From the NCBI GenBank assembly GCA_963823665.1, contig CAWGMQ010000012.1, forward strand, positions 32,001-96,000: a stretch of 64,000 bases of DNA, written 5' to 3'. Positions within the stretch are counted from its first letter, which is position 1; each line of letters opens with the position of its first letter. The position numbers were made by a program, and so were the translations under genes. This stretch comes from an uncultured Planctomycetota bacterium. GTDB lineage: Bacteria > Planctomycetota > Planctomycetia > Isosphaerales > Isosphaeraceae. Under the pieces are notes generated by a model. That model was not told the DNA's origin. It worked only from the letters and a program-made list of their open reading frames with translations, and searched no databases. This document shows positions 43,745 to 53,443 of this stretch, one piece after another.

Positions 43745-45361
43745 TCATCGGCTATCTGCCGTCTTGGCTTCGTCACCGGCTTTGATTTTTTTGGGCGTGT
43801 CTTTCTCCTGGGCGACCTGCCAACCCAGGCGGTAAGCAGTGCGGGCGACTCGGGCGGCCTTTTCGAAGTCGGCCTTGGCGACATCGTCGGTCGCGCGGTG
43901 GTAGTCTTCGTGCACACCGCAGAAGAAGAATATCACCGGGATGCCCTTGCGGGCGAAGTTGTAGCTGTCGGTCCGGAAGTAGAAGGCATCGGCGTCAAAC
44001 TTGGTGGTGAGCCCCTCTTCCTTGGCGGCGGCGCGGCGGCGGGGATCAACGTTGAATAGTCGGCGTGCCTGTCCGACGGAGTGATTCCGATGGTTTTGCC
44101 GTCGTTGCGGCTGACCATGTCGAGGTTGATATCGGCCACGATCTTGTAGCCGTCGGGCAAGGTCATGTGATCGGAGAACCACTGGCTGCCAAGCAGGCCT
44201 TTCTCTTCGCCGGAGACCCAGAGGAAGGCGACGCTGCGGGCCGGGCGTGGGCCGTCGCCGAAGGCCTCGGCGATTTCAAGGAGCGCGCTTGTGCCGGACG
44301 CGTTGTCGTCAGACCCGTTGAAGATCTCGCCTTTCTCGTCGACGCCAACGTGGTCGTAGTGGGCGCTGTAGATCACCACTTCCTTGGCCTTTTCGGGATC
44401 GGTGCCCGGGAAGAGGCCGATGACGTTGCGGTCTTCCTTCGACACTTTCTTGGCGGCATAATTGAATTTGACGCGCAATTCATTGAGGAGCCTGGGCTTT
44501 GATTCGGCCGTCAAACCGGTTGCCTTGAGGATCACGTCGCGGATCGGGTCGCTGAACGACAGGGTTGGCAGCCGGGTGGGCGCGTGGCCGAGCGTCATCG
44601 ATGGCTGGCCGAAGCCGAAGAGCGCCATGGGCGTTGCGGGATTAGGGGACGCCTGGCCGCCGGCGGCCGGTGCGGCTATCACGATCGTGCCGAGCGCACC
44701 GCGTTCGAGGGCCTTGTCCGATCCGCCCAGACCTCGGGCGAACATCCGCCTGCCGCGCCGCGGGGGGCGGTGCGTCGGCTGTTTTTGTGGCCGTTGTTGA
44801 TGTCTTTCCGGGCCGCTCTCCGGAGAAGATGAGGATGAAGTGGCCCTTGGCGTCGATGCCGTCGAAGTCGTCGATCTTCTCGGCCGGGTTCACCTGGCCG
44901 AAGCTGGCGAAAACAACGGGCGCATCGATCTCACCGGCGGTGAGCCCCATGGGGAAGAACGAGACATCCACACCCAGCTCGCAAGGGACGACTCGCTTGG
45001 AGCCGTTCTGCTCGATCGAGAGCGAGACCGAGGTTCCCTCGAGCTGCGGCGTGACGACTTCAAGCGGGAATCGCTGAAAGTACGTCTTGCCACCGAAGCC
45101 CGATTCACCCGCCGGTTGAGCGCCTGCGGCGGACAGCCGGCTGGCGATGTATTCGGCGGCAATGCGAATTTCCGGGCTTGCCGTGTCCCTGCCGCGCATG
45201 AGGTCTGATGCGAGGAACTTCATATGCCCGCCAAGCTCACGGCCGGTGATCCCCTTGACCACATCCGGCACCGCCTGAGGCGAGTGCGAATCATCCGCAT
45301 GTGCGGCGCTGAGGCATGGGAATAGGTTGAGAACGAAGGTAACGATGAGCATTCGTTTCAT
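43745..45361 (-). CDS. M28 family metallopeptidase with PA-like insert; frameshifted
   Basis: FLASDLMRGRDT, RNVIG, SAHYDHVG, GSDDNASG, GEEKGLLGS, NLDMV, RTDSYNF, HEDYHRATD. Confidence 0.9.
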
Positions 45362-45574
45362 AGGTATGCCTGTCGCCAGGAGCGGAGCCTGCGGGCTTCT
45401 TCCGGAGGTGCCCGAAAACCGTATGGTCACTGGTCTCCGATTGTATCAGGCTGGCGCGCCTGAAAGTATCATCAAATGACCAGGATGTTCGGTTTTGTGT
45501 GATCGCGCCTCGGCTGCGGTCGTGGGCTCAGGAATCAGGGCCCAGGCGGCAGAAGAGAAAGCCTCGAAAATCGA

Positions 45575-45600
45575 CAGCGATGCGAAACGCCGCACCGCTG
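45575..45600 (-). terminator. possible intrinsic terminator after the ECF-STK operon
   Basis: Hairpin CAGCGGTGCG...CGCATCGCTG followed by T-rich TCGATTTTCG on the minus strand. Confidence 0.35.
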
Positions 45601-45622
45601 CCCTTTGACCGCCGCCGGCGAA

Positions 45623-46255
45623 TCACCAGCCCAGGCCGTCAACCTCGCGCTGGATTTCTTCGACCCGCCTGGAGATGATCTCCGAGCGGCTCTCCTGGCG
45701 TTTTCGCACAAGCTCTTTGAGCTTCGCGACCTGGCGTTCGAGAGTATCGATCTCCGCGTTGTGCCGCTTCTGCCTGAGGTCGAATTGATCGGCCAGCGTC
45801 TTGGAAAGCTTGGTCCGGATCTCGGCTCGCTGGTTATCGCCGTTGGCTCGCTCGAGCATCTTCTTCAGCTCATCCGCCTTTTGTGAAAGCGCAGATTCAG
45901 CCTGTGACATTTCGTGTTGCAGGCCGTCGGAAGCGGTGTACCATGACGCCTGAGGGCGGAACATGTTTTGCCTCGGGCCGTAAGGCAAGTCGTCATTCAC
46001 GTACGCGGTTTTACTCGGGATACGATCCCCGTCCGCAGTCTTTGCCACTGCATCCGGGTTTCCTTGATCCGCGTCCGCACTCTTTCGCACCTTCTGCGGA
46101 TAGGGTTCGTCAAAGGGCGCCTTGGCTGTTTCCCTCGGCCGGATATCCTGCTGTGCGTAGACAGCGGCGACCGTCACGAGTCCCAGGCAAGTCAACAGCG
46201 CGACGATGTACTTCAATTTCATGATCTGCTCCGTACAACGAACGAAAGGGGTCAT
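45623..46255 (-). CDS. hypothetical exported coiled-coil protein
   Basis: Signal peptide MKLKYIVALLTCLGLVTVAAVYA and C-terminus LADQFDLRQ..EIDTLE..RQESRSEIISRR...GLGW. Confidence 0.75.
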   Translation of the reverse strand: MTPFVRCTEQIMKLKYIVALLTCLGLVTVAAVYAQQDIRPRETAKAPFDEPYPQKVRKSADADQGNPDAVAKTADGDRIPSKTAYVNDDLPYGPRQNMFRPQASWYTASDGLQHEMSQAESALSQKADELKKMLERANGDNQRAEIRTKLSKTLADQFDLRQKRHNAEIDTLERQVAKLKELVRKRQESRSEIISRRVEEIQREVDGLGW

Positions 46256-46270
46256 CTGAACAACTCTTGA

Positions 46271-47764
46271 CTAGTTTCGTGCCTGTTCACGCGAGAGGAT
46301 TTCGCGTTCGAGAGTTTGAGCGCGATTGAACAAAATCATGCCGCGGGTTGAGATCGGATCGATTGCCGGGCCCGTCTCGCGGCGCAACAAATCGTTTTCC
46401 GTCTGGGCGGCCCGTTGACGGCTTTCTCCGATGAGCTGCTCGACCTTGTCGGCTGCGGGGCTCGCCGGCCACGATTCGTTCCGGACCAGATCGGCGGACG
46501 TCGAGGAACTCGTACTCGCAATCGGGTCGGGGCCGCGCTTGCTCCAAGCGGAAGTCAGAGCGATTACCGCGCCGGCACAGACGATTGATGCCAGCACGGC
46601 GACCGGCTTCCAGGCTTTCTTGATCGCCGCCCGCTTCCAGTGGGCGCCGAGCCCCGCCGGCAGCGGCGAGGAGAGCGGTTGCTGGACGTGGGCAAGGCAT
46701 TTCTTGAGCACATCAAATGCCTCATCGGCCGTCTGATATCGTTTCGAAGGATCCTTGGCCATCAGCCGCGCGATCAGGGACTCGAGCCAGGGCGGTATGT
46801 CCGGATTGACTTCGCGGAGCGGGCGAGGCGAGTCATCACACACCCGGCGAAGCACGGCGAGCGGAGTCTCGGCCCGAAAGGGAGGGTGGCCCGCACAGAT
46901 CGCATAGAGTGTGCTGCCGAGGCTGAAGAGGTCGGCGCGGTGATCGGTGGTTTCTCCGCGTGCTTGCTCCGGCGACATGAAGTACGGCGTGCCGGCCACG
47001 ACCCCGCTGTGAGAAATACCGGCGTCGGCAACGGCCTTCGCCAGCCCGAAGTCACTCAGCCGCACTCGTTCGACACTGTTCTCCAGGAGGATATTGGCAG
47101 GCTTGACATCGCGGTGGACGAGCCCCTGGGCATGGGCAGCGGCGAGGCCGGCGGCCGTCTGCATGCCGATTCGAAGGATCTCGGTGACGGCAAGGGGGCC
47201 GTCACGGTCCAGACGGTCCTGGAGCGAGCGCCCGGAGACGTACTCCATGACGAGGAAAGGCAATCCCGCCGCCTCGGCCACGGCGAAGACGCCCACGACG
47301 TGCTCGTGCACGACCGCGGCGGCGGCCCTCGCCTCGCGCAGGAACCGTGCCCGGGCTGCACCCGTTGCGGCCAGCGAAGCGGACAGGACCTTGACGGCGA
47401 CGTTCCGGTTCAACGCGGGGTCAAACGCCTTGAGCACGATGCCCATGCCGCCGCGGCCCAGAATGCCCTTGACCTCGTATGTTCCCAGCCTTCCCATCGA
47501 GTCGGGCCAATCGCTGGGAGCGAGGAAATGGAGTGATTCAATTGTGTGCGGCGGCTGCTTGAAGACGCTGGGCGACTCGTCGTCGAGGAACACGCGCACG
47601 GCCTGCAGGCACTGGTCGCTGCCGAACAGGTTGTCAAGCGTGTTGCGGCAGGGTGGGCATTCCTCAAGGTGCTGTTCCAGGCCGAACGTGTCCTCGGGCG
47701 AGAGCCGATCGTCGACCAGGAGCTTCAGCCTGTCCGGGTCACACTCGGTCGAGCCCCGCGCCAT
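46271..47764 (-). CDS. Hanks-type Ser/Thr kinase with N-terminal zinc-finger (ZAS-like) domain and C-terminal TM
   Basis: HLEECPPC (HxxxCxxC), LGRGGMGIV, VAVK, HRDVKPAN, DFG, GTPYFMSPEQ, DLFSLG, and TM VAVLASIVCAGAVIAL. Confidence 0.95.
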   Translation of the reverse strand: MARGSTECDPDRLKLLVDDRLSPEDTFGLEQHLEECPPCRNTLDNLFGSDQCLQAVRVFLDDESPSVFKQPPHTIESLHFLAPSDWPDSMGRLGTYEVKGILGRGGMGIVLKAFDPALNRNVAVKVLSASLAATGAARARFLREARAAAAVVHEHVVGVFAVAEAAGLPFLVMEYVSGRSLQDRLDRDGPLAVTEILRIGMQTAAGLAAAHAQGLVHRDVKPANILLENSVERVRLSDFGLAKAVADAGISHSGVVAGTPYFMSPEQARGETTDHRADLFSLGSTLYAICAGHPPFRAETPLAVLRRVCDDSPRPLREVNPDIPPWLESLIARLMAKDPSKRYQTADEAFDVLKKCLAHVQQPLSSPLPAGLGAHWKRAAIKKAWKPVAVLASIVCAGAVIALTSAWSKRGPDPIASTSSSTSADLVRNESWPASPAADKVEQLIGESRQRAAQTENDLLRRETGPAIDPISTRGMILFNRAQTLEREILSREQARN

Positions 47765-48381
47765 GATTCACCTCGCTCAAATCGTCCAAAGAGTCCTGGG
47801 CAAGAGTTTCTACGCGGCGCCGGATCCGTGCCAGGACCCGGCTGCGGGCGACGTACACCGAACCGAGGGAAAGCCCGAGCTCGAGCGCGACGGCCGCGGG
47901 CGGGCGATTCTCGATGGCCGTTTGCCAGAACGCCTGCCAGGTTGCCGGTGCGAACTCTGCTTTCACGGTCGCTGCTGCCGACTGAAAGAGCTGCCTCTTG
48001 TACTCATGCATCGAACACCGCCGTCGCCGATTCGTCGCGAGCCGGATGGGCCTCGAGGAGATCCTGAACGCTGGTGGCCCCGCTGCCGCGCACGTGATTG
48101 CCTCTTCGGGTCAGAAAGTTGATCATCAAGTTGCGTGCGATTCGAGAGATCCATCCGCGGAAGCTGCCGCGGTCCGGGTCCCATCGATCGACTGCCCCGG
48201 CGACAGCCCGAAACACTTCCTGGACAAGGTCTCTCGAGTCGGCGTCCTGCAAGCCCTTGCGCCGTGCCAGCCGGTAAACAAGCGGCTCGTAAAGCTCTAC
48301 GAACTCGCTCCATGCGGCGGAATCAGCCGGGTCGCGAAGCTTGACGATCAGGGAATGTCGGGTCGCGGGCGAATCGTTCAT
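47739..48381 (-). CDS. ECF sigma-70 factor, kinase-associated planctomycete type; frameshift near 48005
   Basis: TRHSLIVKLRDPADSAAWSEFVELYEPLV, GSFRGWISRIARN, RGSG, TWQAFW, GSVYVARSRVLARIR. Its 3' end overlaps the kinase start. Confidence 0.9.
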
Positions 48382-48569
48382 CCATCCTCCCCACTTCAAG
48401 GTATACACGAGAGGCGACGATTCCTTACACGCATTTTGTCCGCGGCCAGTCCGAGAACGGAATTTCGGTCGCTAGGTCGGGCGCCGGATCATGTATAGTG
48501 GCGGGGCCCTCGCTGGTGCTCAATTGCGCGAGGAGAGAGACCTGGCTACAACGGTGAGGCCCATTCGGC

Positions 48570-49736
48570 ATGCCAAGAAATCTCGTGATCTGCTGTGACG
48601 GTACGAACAATCAGTTTGGCACGAACAACACGAATGTGGTCCGGCTGGTTCAGGTGCTTGACCGCGATCCGACGAAGCAGTCGCTGTATTACGACCCCGG
48701 CGTCGGAACGCTGCCGGAGCCGAACGCGTTCACCGCATCTCAAAAGTGGTTGTCCAAAGTGATGGGCCTGGCGTTTGGTGCCGGCTTGCAAAGCAAGGTC
48801 GGCCAAGCTTATGGCTACTTGATGGAAGAGTGGGAGCCTGGCGACCGTGTGTATCTCTTCGGCTTCAGCCGCGGAGCTTACGCCGCACGCGTGCTGGCGG
48901 GCTTGCTCCATTCGCTCGGACTCTTGCCGCGCGGCAACACGAATCTCGTCCCGTACGTGCTTCGTCTGTACGCGTCTCTTCGAGACGGTGGTCCAGGCGG
49001 CCCAGGCGGCGGCACGAGCTACTGGGATCTCTGCGATTCATTCCGTGAAACGTTTGCACGTGAAGCTATCCCGGGCGATCCCGAGCGGCGGTTTCCGGTG
49101 CACTTCCTCGGCGTCTGGGACACGGTCTCCTCGTACGGCTGGGTGTACAACCCAAAGGCGTTCCCGTTCACGCGCACCAATCCGAGTGTGCAGACGGTGC
49201 GCCATGCGGTCTCGATCGACGAGCGGCGCTGCTTCTTCCGCCAGAATCTGTTGGATGCAGAACCCGGTCAAACCTTCGATCAGCAGTGGTTTCCGGGCGT
49301 GCACTGTGATGTCGGGGGCGGGTATCCCGAGGCAGAAGGCGGGCTGTGGCGCGAACCGTTCGCGTGGATGCTCGAGGGTGCGGAAGGGGCATTGCTCGCG
49401 GTCGAGAAGGCTCGCCTGAAGGAGCTGCTCGATCGGCCCCCGGTCTCCGGAATGCCTTGGAGTGATCCGATGCATGACTCGCTGACCTGGCTCTGGAAGC
49501 CCGTCGAATATCTGCCGAAAAAGGTCTGGCAGTCCGCAGCGCGCCGGTGGCGGCTGAAGCTCGGACTCGGGCGGCCGCGTGTGATCGAGGACGGAGCGAT
49601 CCTGCACCGATCGGCACTCAAGCGGATCCAGCTCACGCACGGCTATGAGCCTCTGAACGTGTCCGCGGATTTTCGCAGCCGGGTTCGGGCCATCAGCAGT
49701 ACGGATCTGCCCGACGCGATGGCGTACACTCCTTGA
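48570..49736 (+). CDS. DUF2235 (Tle1-like alpha/beta-hydrolase) domain protein
   Basis: LVICCDGTNN, TNVVRL, YYDPGVGT, FGFSRGAY, FLGVWDTVSS, HAVSIDERR, WFPGVHCDVGGG. Confidence 0.92.
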   Translation: MPRNLVICCDGTNNQFGTNNTNVVRLVQVLDRDPTKQSLYYDPGVGTLPEPNAFTASQKWLSKVMGLAFGAGLQSKVGQAYGYLMEEWEPGDRVYLFGFSRGAYAARVLAGLLHSLGLLPRGNTNLVPYVLRLYASLRDGGPGGPGGGTSYWDLCDSFRETFAREAIPGDPERRFPVHFLGVWDTVSSYGWVYNPKAFPFTRTNPSVQTVRHAVSIDERRCFFRQNLLDAEPGQTFDQQWFPGVHCDVGGGYPEAEGGLWREPFAWMLEGAEGALLAVEKARLKELLDRPPVSGMPWSDPMHDSLTWLWKPVEYLPKKVWQSAARRWRLKLGLGRPRVIEDGAILHRSALKRIQLTHGYEPLNVSADFRSRVRAISSTDLPDAMAYTP

Positions 49737-50074
49737 TAGAAAACGAGACACTCCTGATTCTCTCTCTCGGTGCGGCCCGTCTGGCACGTGCTTGGACGTT
49801 CCGCGGACGTCGGACGTGGCCGGACGCCCTGTAACGGCAACCGCGACTCCTCCCGCCCCATCACGAAACGTGTGCGCCCACCCCAGGCCCCCAAAATCGC
49901 CGTCACCGCTGTCATGTGCTTACGTGCTTTGTACTTAGAAACGACGGCCGCATAATCGGACCAAATTCTTCAGCCAATACCCAAGATGGCCACTGATGTT
50001 GCGTAATGCCGGCTGAATAATCGGACCTTCGCCAAATCGGCCGGGCTCAAATGCAGCAGCGATCCGGACGGTTG

Positions 50075-51961
50075 TCAGTCCGTTCCGATCTTGGCCACAT
50101 CCCACACGAGCGTCGTCCCGTCATCGCTCGCCGATGCCAGCAGCTTGCCGTCCGGCGAAACGGCGATCGACTCAACGTCGCCGACGTGGCCTTCGAGCCG
50201 ACGGCGAAGCTGACCGGTCGAGCAATCCCAGATCTGCACGGAAGAGTCACCCAGCGTCGCCGCCGCGAGGCTTTTGCCGTCCGGCAGAAAGGCGAGCGTT
50301 GTTCCATTCGGCGCATCCTCCCCCGGCCGGCGGTCTGATCGGAAGTCGCGCAGTCTTCGTCCGGTCTCGACATTCCACACGCCGAAGCCGCCAACCGAGT
50401 CGATCGTCGCCAGGTTCTTGCCGTCCTGGCTGAACGCCACGGCTTGAACAACCTCGAGATGGTCGAGCTTGTGCCTCTCACGTCCAGTCGACACCTCCCA
50501 GAGAAAGACCCCGTGTCCATACACCGCGGCCAGGGTCTTACCGTCCGGCGCGAAGGCGAGGCAGCGAATGCTCCGATTGAACCGCGGAAAGCGAAGGATC
50601 TCCCGCCCCGTCAATATGTCCCGGAGGCTCGTGCCGCGGTTGACCGAGGCCGCAAAAGTCTTTTCGAGTGGCGCAAAGGCGATCGTGGGGATCTCCTCCA
50701 GCTCAACCCCCGGGCGGGACGCCCCGACGCGAGCCGGGTCTTGGACGCGGCGAAGCTCACGGCCAGTACTCAATTCCCAGAGGATGACTGTTCCGTCGAT
50801 GTCTCCCGACGCGATGAACTTGCCGTCCGACGCAACGGCCACCTCGAACACCGCGGCTCGATGTCCTTTGAACTGGACGGCCTCTCGGCCCGTGGAGGAT
50901 TCCCAAAGGCGCACGGTCGTGCCGTCCGCCGTGACCAGGGTCGATCCCGTGGGCCCGAAGGCGACGGATTGCACCGGTTGCTGCTGGGGAAACCGCCGGA
51001 TCTCCTGACCACTGGCAATGTCCCGGTGGCGGAAGTACCTTCCTCCTGTGATCAGCCGCTTGCCGTCGGGCGTAAAGACGACCCCGTGACCTGCATCCTG
51101 ATGCGCGAACCGCCGGAAAGCCTGCCCCGTCTCCACGCTCCAGAGGCAAAGGCTCTCGGGAGTGTCGCCGGCAGCCAGCAGCTTGCCGTCCGGGGAGAAC
51201 ACGATGTGAGTTTCCGATGTCTCGTCAACCAGGTCACGCGAGCGCTGCAAGTAGGGGAATCGACGAATCTCCCGGCCCGTCGCCAGGTCACGAAGAATCA
51301 ACCGGTCGCCATCACCGCTGAATTGAACCCGGAGCTTGCCGTTTGGGGAGAGGAAGCGAGTCCAGATTTGATCAAGGCCGTCCGGGAGTCGATCGCCGCG
51401 GGCGAAGCTGCGGATACGTTCTCCCGTGGCGATGTCATGAAACCGGGTGTTTCCTCCTACATATTGCACAGCCAGCATCTTGCCATCGGGCAAGAACCGC
51501 AGGCCGGAGACCGGATCACTACCCTGGATCTCGAGCACTTTCTGACCGGTATCCGTCCGGCCGATCCTCACGGTCCCGTCGGCGTCGCCTGCGGCCAGTA
51601 GGTTGCCGTCGAGGGAGAACGCGGCGCTCAAGATGCACACGGCCACCCCGGTCGGCGGACCCAGCTGCTTGAGCTCGAGAGTCACCCGCCCGGTGGAGAC
51701 GTCCCACAGCCGGAGCGGGATATAAAAATACCCTGAAGTCGCAGTCAGCAGCTTTCCGTCCGGCGAGAGCACGATATCGCCGCTCTCGAACCCGATGTAA
51801 TCGCGCAGCGAGCCCAGCCGCGCGACTGCGCCCGAAGGCAGCGGGTCGCCATAGAGGTCGAGATGCGCAGCACGCGCCTCCCCGCCATTCGCCTGCTCCG
51901 CCGCGGCTGCGCCGGCCACCAATCCGCCAACCACGAGAGTTAGAACAGCAACGATTCCCAT
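50075..51961 (-). CDS. exported WD40 repeat protein
   Basis: Signal peptide, DLYGDPLPSGAVARLG, more than 10 WD40-like repeats, ending LASASDDGTTLVWD. Confidence 0.9.
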   Translation of the reverse strand: MGIVAVLTLVVGGLVAGAAAAEQANGGEARAAHLDLYGDPLPSGAVARLGSLRDYIGFESGDIVLSPDGKLLTATSGYFYIPLRLWDVSTGRVTLELKQLGPPTGVAVCILSAAFSLDGNLLAAGDADGTVRIGRTDTGQKVLEIQGSDPVSGLRFLPDGKMLAVQYVGGNTRFHDIATGERIRSFARGDRLPDGLDQIWTRFLSPNGKLRVQFSGDGDRLILRDLATGREIRRFPYLQRSRDLVDETSETHIVFSPDGKLLAAGDTPESLCLWSVETGQAFRRFAHQDAGHGVVFTPDGKRLITGGRYFRHRDIASGQEIRRFPQQQPVQSVAFGPTGSTLVTADGTTVRLWESSTGREAVQFKGHRAAVFEVAVASDGKFIASGDIDGTVILWELSTGRELRRVQDPARVGASRPGVELEEIPTIAFAPLEKTFAASVNRGTSLRDILTGREILRFPRFNRSIRCLAFAPDGKTLAAVYGHGVFLWEVSTGRERHKLDHLEVVQAVAFSQDGKNLATIDSVGGFGVWNVETGRRLRDFRSDRRPGEDAPNGTTLAFLPDGKSLAAATLGDSSVQIWDCSTGQLRRRLEGHVGDVESIAVSPDGKLLASASDDGTTLVWDVAKIGTD

Positions 51962-51970
51962 GGTCGCCTT

Positions 51971-53443
51971 CTACACAAACGGTCGCGAATTGCACCCATG
52001 CGCCAGCGGCGCGGGAAGGTCCGATGTACCCATCAAAAATTCATCAATTCCACGGGCAGCCTGGCGGCCTTCGGCGATGGCCCACACAATCAAGCTCTGG
52101 CCGCGCGTCATATCTCCGGCCGTGAAGACCTTGGGAATATTTGTAGACTTGGATTCATTCGCCTTGACGTTAAGAGCCCTGTCCAGCTCCACGCCAAGTT
52201 GCTCGAGCAGTCCGCGTTTCTCAGGCCCTACGAAACCCATCGCCAGCAACACGAGGCTCGCCGGATAAACCCGCTCGGTCCCCGGGATCTCGACGAAATC
52301 CATCCGGCCGTTATTCGACTTCAGTTCGACCTGCACCGTCTCAAGTGCGCACACGTGTCCGTTCTCGCCCCGGAACCGCTTGGTGCTGATCGAGAATTCG
52401 CGGTCTCCCCCCTCCTCATGCGCTGATGAAACGCGAAGGATGTTCGACCATTGCGGCCAGGGATTCGACGGCGATCGCTCATCGGGCGGCCGAGGAACTA
52501 TCTCGAACTGATGCACACTCTTGCATCCCTGGCGGTGCACCGTGCCGAGGCAGTCCGCCCCCGTGTCGCCCCCGCCGATGATGATCACGTCCTTACCGTG
52601 GGCCGAGATAAAAAGCGTATCATCAACCGCGTCGCCTGCACCCCGACGGTTCTGAAGCGTCAGGTAATCCATCGCGAAGACGATCCCGCTGAAGTTGCGC
52701 CCTTCGATCGGCAAGTCCCGCGGCCGGATCGAGCCGCCGCAGAGGCAAACAGCGTCAAACTGATCAAGTAGTTGTTGAGCAGGAATATCAACACCAACAT
52801 TCGCATTGACGACGAACGTGACCCCCTCGGCCTTCATCTGCTCGACGCGCCGGTCGAGGTGTCGCTTCTCCATCTTGAAGTCCGGAATCCCATAGCGCAG
52901 CAGGCCGCCGATCCGGTCCGCCCGCTCATACACCGTCACTGCGTGGCCGGCCCGCGCAAGCTGCTGGGCGCAGGCGAGCCCCGCCGGGCCCGAGCCGACG
53001 ATCGCCACCTTCTTGCCGGTCTTTTCAACCGCCGGCTCTGGTGTGATCCAGCCTTCTTTCCAGGCCATCTCGACGATGCTCGCCTCGATCTGCTTGATCG
53101 TCACCGGGTCGTTGTTGATGCCGAGCACGCACGAGGCCTCGCAAGGCGCCGGGCACAACTTGCCGGTGAACTCAGGGAAGTTGTTGGTCGCGTGCAACCG
53201 CTCGATCGCGGCCTTCCACTGGTTCTTGTAAACCAGGTCGTTCCAGTCGGGAATCAGATTTCCCAGCGGGCATCCTTGATGGCAGAACGGAATCCCGCAG
53301 TCCATGCAGCGAGCGCCCTGGGCCCGCAGCTTCTCGACCGAGAACGGCTGGTAGACTTCGAGGTAGTCGGAGACCCGCTCCGCGACCGGCCGCCGCGAGG
53401 GCAGCTCCCGGCGATGTTCGAGAAAGCCCGTCGGCTTACCCAC
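51971..53443 (-). CDS. gltD: glutamate synthase small subunit
   Basis: [70 protein letters not shown]. Confidence 0.97.
   Translation of the reverse strand: MGKPTGFLEHRRELPSRRPVAERVSDYLEVYQPFSVEKLRAQGARCMDCGIPFCHQGCPLGNLIPDWNDLVYKNQWKAAIERLHATNNFPEFTGKLCPAPCEASCVLGINNDPVTIKQIEASIVEMAWKEGWITPEPAVEKTGKKVAIVGSGPAGLACAQQLARAGHAVTVYERADRIGGLLRYGIPDFKMEKRHLDRRVEQMKAEGVTFVVNANVGVDIPAQQLLDQFDAVCLCGGSIRPRDLPIEGRNFSGIVFAMDYLTLQNRRGAGDAVDDTLFISAHGKDVIIIGGGDTGADCLGTVHRQGCKSVHQFEIVPRPPDERSPSNPWPQWSNILRVSSAHEEGGDREFSISTKRFRGENGHVCALETVQVELKSNNGRMDFVEIPGTERVYPASLVLLAMGFVGPEKRGLLEQLGVELDRALNVKANESKSTNIPKVFTAGDMTRGQSLIVWAIAEGRQAARGIDEFLMGTSDLPAPLAHGCNSRPFV

Noticed and set aside
49940..50030. ATAATCGGACC occurring twice in the DUF2235/WD40 intergenic region
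   Set aside because: There are only two 11-bp copies between convergent genes, and no function can be argued from the sequence alone.
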